Of a stretch of DNA of 49,548 nt, positions 44,012-49,548 are shown in pieces. Within the stretch, counting starts at the first letter, position 1. Every line of letters begins with the position of its first letter. The DNA is taken from IMG/VR virus record IMGVR_UViG_3300037692_000547, positions 1 to 49,548 of that record; one strand, 5' to 3'. Under the pieces are notes generated by a model. That model saw only the letters and a program-made list of their open reading frames with translations, ran no database searches and had not been told where the DNA came from. The position numbers and the translations under genes are program-made. The stretch is from a virus (taxonomy: Duplodnaviria; Caudoviricetes).

Positions 44012-44518
44012 ATGCGCTATTTTGAATGGACCTTAATCGCCTGTCTGCTCATAATTTTGTTTTCAGGTGGGCAACAGAACAAGGATTTGCGCTCCATGGT
44101 CAAATATTCGCAAGCTGATCGACAGATGTTATTCGAAGAGTTGCAGGCTGACGACGCTATCCTGCAGCAGATCTTTGATGGTCAGTGGGATCGCAGTCGT
44201 CCGGTGCTTTCTGTCCCGGTTACCGTCTCCTGCTACACATCCAGGGTGCAGGAGACGGATTCGACGCCTCACGAGACGGCTGACGGTTCCTTGGTTCGGC
44301 GCGGTGTCATTGCCATCTCCCCGGATATTCAAAACGAGTTGGGAATCACCTTTGGTGACCGCATTGTCCTCGATGGCTACGGCACGATGGAGGTGCGCGA
44401 CGTGATGAATCCTCGTTGGAGACGTCGTGTCGATATCTGGTCGTCGGATCTGCAGGCGGCTCGCCTGCATGGCGTCGTCCCTGATGTCACCATGACCTGG
44501 TTGGGGCGCTCGCAGTGA
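44012..44518 (+). CDS. 3D-domain cell-wall-associated protein
   Basis: N-terminal hydrophobic segment; V.CYTS...TDSTP..TADG...IAIS.D...D.M..R...VDIW. Confidence 0.8.
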   Translation: MRYFEWTLIACLLIILFSGGQQNKDLRSMVKYSQADRQMLFEELQADDAILQQIFDGQWDRSRPVLSVPVTVSCYTSRVQETDSTPHETADGSLVRRGVIAISPDIQNELGITFGDRIVLDGYGTMEVRDVMNPRWRRRVDIWSSDLQAARLHGVVPDVTMTWLGRSQ

Positions 44519-44573
44519 TTTCATAACCTCACATTTGATTTGAAAGGACGCATATGTTCGACGAAAAAAGAAA

Positions 44574-45342
44574 GGGTACCGGGACCCAGGAGTGGGCCGA
44601 GGTTACGGAAAACATACAGCGCGGATGTGTCAACAATTGCCTGTACTGCTATGCCGCAGCCAATGCTAAACGCTTCGCCCTTCGCAATCGCGAGGACTGG
44701 GCTCGGGAAGAATTAACAAAACGCTCGGAGATCACCTCCTATCCTGCCAGGGCTGGCGTGATCATGTTCCCCTCCTCTCACGACATAACCCCTTTCAACG
44801 TTGACGCCTACATCCGGGTCGCCCGATTGATCCTGGCCAAGAAAAATCGCCTTCTGATCGTGACCAAGCCCAGCCTGGCCTGCGTGGATAAAATAATGAG
44901 GGAGCTCGATGTCTATCGCGAGCAGATTCTTTTCCGTTTCACCATTGGGGCCACAAATGAGGCGCTGACGGCTTTATGGGAACCCGGTGCGCCCGACCCC
45001 CTGGAAAGGTTGGATGCGTTGGCCCTGGCGGAGGAGAGGGGCTTTGCCCGGTCTATTTCGATTGAGCCCATGCTTGCCGGCGTAGAAGAAACCATGCGGG
45101 TCGTTAAAAACGTAGCCCCGTGGGGTCCTGCGACCATCTGGATCGGCAAGATGAATAAAATCCGGCTTCGTGTTGACGACCAGACTCCTGAGATTCTTGC
45201 CGCGATGCGCCTGGTCGAAGATCAGCAACGCGACTCGGAAATATTGCGGCTCTACGAGGCTCTCCCTGCTGCCCTGTACCCAACTATTCGCTGGAAGGAT
45301 TCGATCAAGCTGGTCCTGGCTGCGGCCGGTGTCCTTTCCTGA
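44574..45342 (+). CDS. Radical SAM protein (SPL/DUF5131-like)
   Basis: GCVNNCLYCYA CxxxCxxC; IVTKP; WEPGAP...RL..L; SISIEP. Confidence 0.8.
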
Positions 45343-45345
45343 TCC

Positions 45346-45370
45346 ACCAGTTTGTCGCTCAATCTTCTCT
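45346..45370 (+). promoter_or_regulatory. Variant promoter-like motif P8 upstream of the initiator gene
   Basis: ACCAGTTT-GTCGCTC-AATCTTCTCT, with the same 7-nt spacer. Confidence 0.6.
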
Positions 45371-45492
45371 CTCTCGACAGATCAGCGGTGCCATGCCGGG
45401 TGCCGAAAACAGTAGCCGATTCGTCGGCAGTCGCGCTCCTGGGGATGGCGGCATCCATCCTCGGGGGCGCGAGTAGTTGTCGTGGAGGTTTC

Positions 45493-46320
45493 ATGAGCAT
45501 CAAAATCATGTCGGCTGTGTGGGGCATTTCCTTGCGCCCGTCGACTAAACTGGTCCTGTTGTGCCTGGCCGATATCGCCGATGATGACGGTGTCTGCTGG
45601 CCCCATCAAGACACCATCGCTCAGAAGACGTGTCTTTCTATTCGTGCGGTACGCGATTGTATTCGAACCCTTGAGGAGGCCGGGTATATCGAGACCGAAC
45701 CCAAGGTTTACGGGGGGTTGAAGCGCGGGTTGGTTTATCAAATACGTCCATCCGGCAAAATTTGCCGAATGGACGACCATTCGGCAGATTCTGCCGGTGC
45801 CATTCGGCAGATTCTGCCGGTGCCATTCGGCAAATCCTGCCGGTCTATTACAAGTAAAGAACCGTCAATAGAACCATCAATAGGAAATATACCCCCTACC
45901 CCCGCATCTTGTCCTGTCGAGGCGATCGTACTGCTCTGGAACGATCTGATGACAGGTCCGGCCGTCGGCCTTCATCGCATCGGATCTATCGGGCCTTCCT
46001 TACGGGGGGCTATCATCGCTCGATGGACCGAGGATCCTTCCCGCCAGGGGCTGTCTTGGTGGCGGACCTATTTCGTCGATCAGGTGGCCGGGTCGGATTT
46101 TCTTTCCGGCAAGGTGAAGGACTGGGCTGCTGGTCTGGACTGGGTTGTCGATCCCAAAAACATGGGAAAAATTATCAACGGTGCATTTACCAATAAAGGG
46201 GGGAAAGGTGACGGAAATTCACGACGACGGAAAACGAATAGAGGAAATGGTCGGGCGGATGGAAGTGCTGGAGGAGAGCGGGTCTGGGATGGGGTTATCC
46301 CCTCTTTCGACGAAGTCTGA
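45493..46320 (+). CDS. Phage replication initiator (N-terminal HTH)
   Basis: KLVLLCLADIADDDGVCWPHQDTIA...LEEAGYI; internal iterons. Confidence 0.85.
   Translation: MSIKIMSAVWGISLRPSTKLVLLCLADIADDDGVCWPHQDTIAQKTCLSIRAVRDCIRTLEEAGYIETEPKVYGGLKRGLVYQIRPSGKICRMDDHSADSAGAIRQILPVPFGKSCRSITSKEPSIEPSIGNIPPTPASCPVEAIVLLWNDLMTGPAVGLHRIGSIGPSLRGAIIARWTEDPSRQGLSWWRTYFVDQVAGSDFLSGKVKDWAAGLDWVVDPKNMGKIINGAFTNKGGKGDGNSRRRKTNRGNGRADGSAGGERVWDGVIPSFDEV
45748..45845 (+). repeat. Four iterons, probable replication origin
   Basis: CCAT(T/C)CGGCA-N5-TGCCG at 45748, 45777, 45800 and 45823, followed by an A-rich stretch. Confidence 0.8.
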
Positions 46321-47059
46321 TTCTCCCGTGGCGGTTATTCGCTGCTCCGGTCATCCCGGGATTGAAATGACCCGGGAGACCTACGGTTTGCGTTGCTCGG
46401 CTTGTATCAGCGACGATCTGCATGCCTTTTATCTCGACCTGGAGGAAAAACGGCAGTTCCTGGCTAAAAAAAGAACGACCGCTGAAATTGATACCCGTTT
46501 TGCCGATATCCAGATTGGAAAGCGGTTTCGAGGTCTCACCTGGGACGACTATCGTCCTACCTGCGAACAGGCGCAGAAGATCAAAGCCTTTTGTCTTAAT
46601 TATGCGAAGGGCTTCGGCCTTCCTTTAAACCAGGGGTCAAGTCTAGTCTTTTCCGGGAATGTCGGGACCGGAAAAAACATGCTTTCTGCTTTGATCGCCG
46701 AAGATGTTGTTTCATCGGGGCATACGGCCTTACATACGACCGTCCTGAAAATGGTGCGCCGGATTCGCTCGACTTGGGGCGGTCATGGCGACGAGCAGAC
46801 GATGATCGATTCGTTCGTCCTCCCGGATCTGTTGATCGTCGACGAGATCGGGAACCAGGCGGGGTCCGATGATGAGGTGATGCGGCTGACCGAGGTTTTC
46901 AATGATCGGTATGAGGCCAAAAAGTCGACGATTCTTTTGACAAACCTGAGCGCCGCCGAGCTTCCCGACTACCTCGGGTCCCGGGTTATGGATCGCCTTT
47001 GCGAGAGGGGGCGCATCGTTCCGTTTACCTGGGAGAGTTATCGCCAGAGGCGATCATGA
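46208..47059 (+). CDS. DnaC/IstB-like AAA+ helicase loader
   Basis: GNVGTGKN, DLLIVDEIG, RYE..KSTI..TNL, RVMDRL; start uncertain. Confidence 0.85.
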   Translation: MTEIHDDGKRIEEMVGRMEVLEESGSGMGLSPLSTKSDSPVAVIRCSGHPGIEMTRETYGLRCSACISDDLHAFYLDLEEKRQFLAKKRTTAEIDTRFADIQIGKRFRGLTWDDYRPTCEQAQKIKAFCLNYAKGFGLPLNQGSSLVFSGNVGTGKNMLSALIAEDVVSSGHTALHTTVLKMVRRIRSTWGGHGDEQTMIDSFVLPDLLIVDEIGNQAGSDDEVMRLTEVFNDRYEAKKSTILLTNLSAAELPDYLGSRVMDRLCERGRIVPFTWESYRQRRS

Positions 47060-47604
47060 TTTGCCCATGGGGGCGGATCTTTACTCCGGAGCATCCCGTG
47101 TGTCGGTCTCATCTTCGGCAGGGGGCTGATTGTCGTGTCAAGGCAAAAAAAAAAATCCGGGCGAACTGCTCGGGTGGTCCTTTTGAAAAAAACGGTCGGA
47201 GGGGGTGGTTCACAAATTACGATCTTCAGTCGCCGAACGCTCACGTCAACCGAATAAACGGAGAGAAGATCTATCGAGGAATAAAAAAAACGTGGGGGCG
47301 GGTACTCACTGGGGCGGTTCTTCATTTTGGCCCGGCGGCCGGCCGGCGCCGAAGGCTTGAGGTTGTTCGTTTTATTCCTTCTCGCGGTTGGTCATATGAC
47401 GAAGACAACCTGTGGGGCGCCTGCAAACCGTTGGTCGATCAGTTGACTCTGCAGGGTGTTTTGGTGGATGACACTCGGGAATGGCTCGAGTGGTGTCCAC
47501 CTCGTGAAATTGTTGACCCGTCACCTCGGGTCGAAATTTATATTGAGGAGGTGTCTTGTGAAAAAGATAAATCCCCAGACGGTGTTGCGGAATGTCCGTC
47601 GTGA
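47056..47604 (+). CDS. RusA-like resolvase
   Basis: DEDNL...KPLVD.L...GVLVDD...PRVEI.I. Confidence 0.6.
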   Translation: MICPWGRIFTPEHPVCRSHLRQGADCRVKAKKKIRANCSGGPFEKNGRRGWFTNYDLQSPNAHVNRINGEKIYRGIKKTWGRVLTGAVLHFGPAAGRRRRLEVVRFIPSRGWSYDEDNLWGACKPLVDQLTLQGVLVDDTREWLEWCPPREIVDPSPRVEIYIEEVSCEKDKSPDGVAECPS

Positions 47605-48007
47605 GTTCGGTTGCTCTTTTCGGGACGTGGTTGTTGCATTGGCCGAAAAGGGGTACAGCCAACGTCTGGCTGCTGATCATATCGGGATTTCCCGTCCGAC
47701 GTTGCGTAAATACTGTGTCCGTTTCAACCTCCTCGGGCATTTTAAACCCCATGGTGACCAGGTAGACATTTGTCGCGGGAAAGGATCGGGAAAAGATTAT
47801 CGGTGTGGCCCTGGGAAAAAACATGATTCTGCCTATTTTTGGAATGCCATTCAAGAAGCGGAGGATTCGAATGATTTGAATTTGCGGTTTGGCATTTCTC
47901 GGGTGACGATAAAAAACTACCTTGGTAAAAATTGGAGCGAGGTCAAGGACCTTTGCCTTTCACCAGCTTTCAACCGAAAGGATTATGATCATGTCTGGTC
48001 GCGATGA
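47558..48007 (+). CDS. HTH DNA-binding protein
   Basis: SQRLAADHIGISRPTLRKY. Confidence 0.6.
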   Translation: MKKINPQTVLRNVRREFGCSFRDVVVALAEKGYSQRLAADHIGISRPTLRKYCVRFNLLGHFKPHGDQVDICRGKGSGKDYRCGPGKKHDSAYFWNAIQEAEDSNDLNLRFGISRVTIKNYLGKNWSEVKDLCLSPAFNRKDYDHVWSR

Positions 48008-48362
48008 AGGCGTTCTTTCTGACGAGGGGGCGCTTGTTGCCTCGATTATATCCAATCGTCTCGGTGAGGTTTCGGCGATCAGTGTTGGTGCGTTGAGTGT
48101 CCTGACCGGCATCCCAGATCGGCGTCTTCGGGCGATCGTAAAGGCTCTTGTCGAGTTGCATGGCTTCTGCTTCTGCTCGAGCCCTCGAGGCTTTTATTGT
48201 CCCAATGGCCCAGATGAGGTTTTGTCTGCTGCGCGGCGTTTGCTCTCCTGGAGCTTGTCAACTATGAAGCGAGCCCGGGTGCTGCGTGGATCTCCTGAGC
48301 TGGATCGTCTGTATGGTCAGTTGGAGCTCGAACTAAAAAAGATTGACGGGGAATCCGAATGA
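47991..48362 (+). CDS. Winged-HTH-like phage protein
   Basis: L...TGIPDRRLR..V..L...CSS..GFY. Confidence 0.6.
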   Translation: MSGRDEGVLSDEGALVASIISNRLGEVSAISVGALSVLTGIPDRRLRAIVKALVELHGFCFCSSPRGFYCPNGPDEVLSAARRLLSWSLSTMKRARVLRGSPELDRLYGQLELELKKIDGESE

Positions 48363-48763
48363 CCGGGCCTCTGGTGCTTTCTATTCGGCAACCGTGGGCC
48401 TGGCTGATCATTAATGGCGGGAAGGATATTGAAAACCGAACCTGGCCGACGAAGGTTCGCGGCAGGGTCCTTATCCATGCCTCTAAAGCCGTAACCAAAG
48501 CGGAGTGGTCCGAGGCTTGGGAGCGGGTCCGTGTTGTCTGCCCGGAGACTTGGGAGAAGGGGAGGCGGGAAATTAAAGCCGGCATGATCGAGCGCGGTGG
48601 GATCATCGGAAGTGTGGAGATTGTGGATTGCGTTGATCGCTCTGAGTCCCCGTGGTTCTTCGGGAAGCATGGCTTCGTGCTGCGCGACCCACAGGTACTT
48701 CCCTTTCATCCGTGCAAGGGCCGTTTGGGGTTTTTCAGGATTCAGTCTGGTGAAGGCTCATGA
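48359..48763 (+). CDS. ASCH domain protein
   Basis: LSIRQPWAWLI..G.KDIENRTW...RG.VLIHA...GGIIGSV...KGRLGFF. Confidence 0.9.
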   Translation: MTGPLVLSIRQPWAWLIINGGKDIENRTWPTKVRGRVLIHASKAVTKAEWSEAWERVRVVCPETWEKGRREIKAGMIERGGIIGSVEIVDCVDRSESPWFFGKHGFVLRDPQVLPFHPCKGRLGFFRIQSGEGS

Positions 48764-49013
48764 TTATGAAATGGCCAACCGGCAAATATAACGGCAGGCG
48801 AATTGTTGGCTTCTCGGTTGAGGTGAAGTGCAGGTTGACCATGTGGTATTGGCGCCCCCGCTTTTCACGGTGGAGCGGATCGGTGACGTGGTTGTGTTTT
48901 CATTTCGCCTGTGAGGCTGTATACGATTGAGTAATCTAACGAAAGGACACAATATGACTGAGAATCAATCGGGAAGCACCGGAGGTAATTCCGTCCAAGT
49001 TGAACCCCTGGTT

Positions 49014-49130
49014 ATGTGTGATTGCTGCGGGGCAATGGTCCCAAGGGTTGAGGCAAATGACTACGATTACGAAGCCCCCCAAGGGGATCACCGCACGGGT
49101 TTATTGTGTCCTAGTTGTTATTATTTTTGA
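49014..49130 (+). CDS. Small cassette ORF (Cys pairs); may start at 48954
   Basis: ATG inside GTTATGTGT (49011); stop abuts CACATAAC. Confidence 0.45.
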   Translation: MCDCCGAMVPRVEANDYDYEAPQGDHRTGLLCPSCYYF

Positions 49131-49237
49131 CACATAACGGTTAGCGGTCAGCGGCTGCGGCCAAATGGTGGAGAAGCACGGACATTCTCGGCCTAGCACC
49201 GCTGATTAATCAGTCCGCTGGAGTGCGGGGTTATGTG
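49131..49237 (+). mobile_element. attC-like recombination site 1
   Basis: CACATAAC...CAGCGG...CCGCTG...GTTATGTG. Confidence 0.65.
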
Positions 49238-49442
49238 GTTTTTGAAATGGATGACTTGGAATTATTACGTTTGGCTGGTTTTTGCGTGGAGTTTCTGGCC
49301 CATAGCCGTAGTTGTCGATGCGCTCGTAAAAGTATGGGCAGGGCTCGTTGACGCATGGCACGAAATATTAATTGGGTTCCGTGGCCCTGCGTGGACACGG
49401 GTGCAATTCAAAAAAATAAGGCGGAGATATTGGCCCACATAA
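49233..49442 (+). CDS. Small membrane protein in an integron-like cassette
   Basis: ATG inside the upstream GTTATG core; TAA stop inside the CACATAAC inverse core. Confidence 0.6.
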   Translation: MWFLKWMTWNYYVWLVFAWSFWPIAVVVDALVKVWAGLVDAWHEILIGFRGPAWTRVQFKKIRRRYWPT

Positions 49443-49541
49443 CGAGTTTGATCAGCGGACCGCGACGAACTGACCGCGAACCCCTGGAATTTTCGAGACC
49501 CGCAAAGCCCCATTCGGTCCGCCTGCATCTTTTGGTTAGAG
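49436..49541 (+). mobile_element. attC-like recombination site 2
   Basis: CACATAAC...CAGCGGAC...GTCCGCCTG...GTTAGAG. Confidence 0.65.
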
Positions 49542-49548
49542 TGCATGT

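Noticed and set aside
45748-45845. 23-bp repeats as a mini CRISPR array
   Set aside because: There are no spacers and they lie inside the initiator gene, so iterons are the simpler explanation.
1-49548. Integrase, att sites, major capsid, head protease, tail and lysis genes
   Set aside because: None recognised in this window. The protease required by the tag model must lie outside it, so that part of the model is untested here.

Overview
This window is about 50 kb of a large temperate-type dsDNA phage or prophage. The SSB and acyl carrier protein sequences suggest a Desulfuromonadales/Geobacter-like host (inference). Layout: (1) a leftward head/packaging operon with ParB-DNA methyltransferase, terS, terL, portal and a MuF-like head protein, plus large 'polyvalent' proteins carrying InPase, topoisomerase IB, SNF2, ART and ParB domains; (2) a 14.8 kb rightward array of about 30 short genes (7985-22768) lying in the opposite orientation between head-region genes; (3) a divergent cro/cI-like switch at about 40.9 kb; (4) a rightward replication module (ACP, ssb, radical SAM, initiator with iterons, DnaC-like loader, RusA-like, ASCH) ending in attC-like integron cassettes. 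The best candidate for a new system has three linked parts. Nine copies of a peptide tag, K(S/A)H(V/I)(K/R)...V(K/R/Q)(E/D)(H/Y/F)(D/E)xxR, separate enzyme domains in five head-region proteins. One of those proteins carries a divergent sigma-factor-like domain. Eight copies of a non-sigma70 motif, (G/A)CCAGTTT-N7-(A/G)ATCTT(T/C)TC, head the rightward transcription units. Together these suggest virion-packaged, processed cargo including a sigma factor that fires early promoters; this is a hypothesis. All family calls are motif recognition by eye, and no searches were run.
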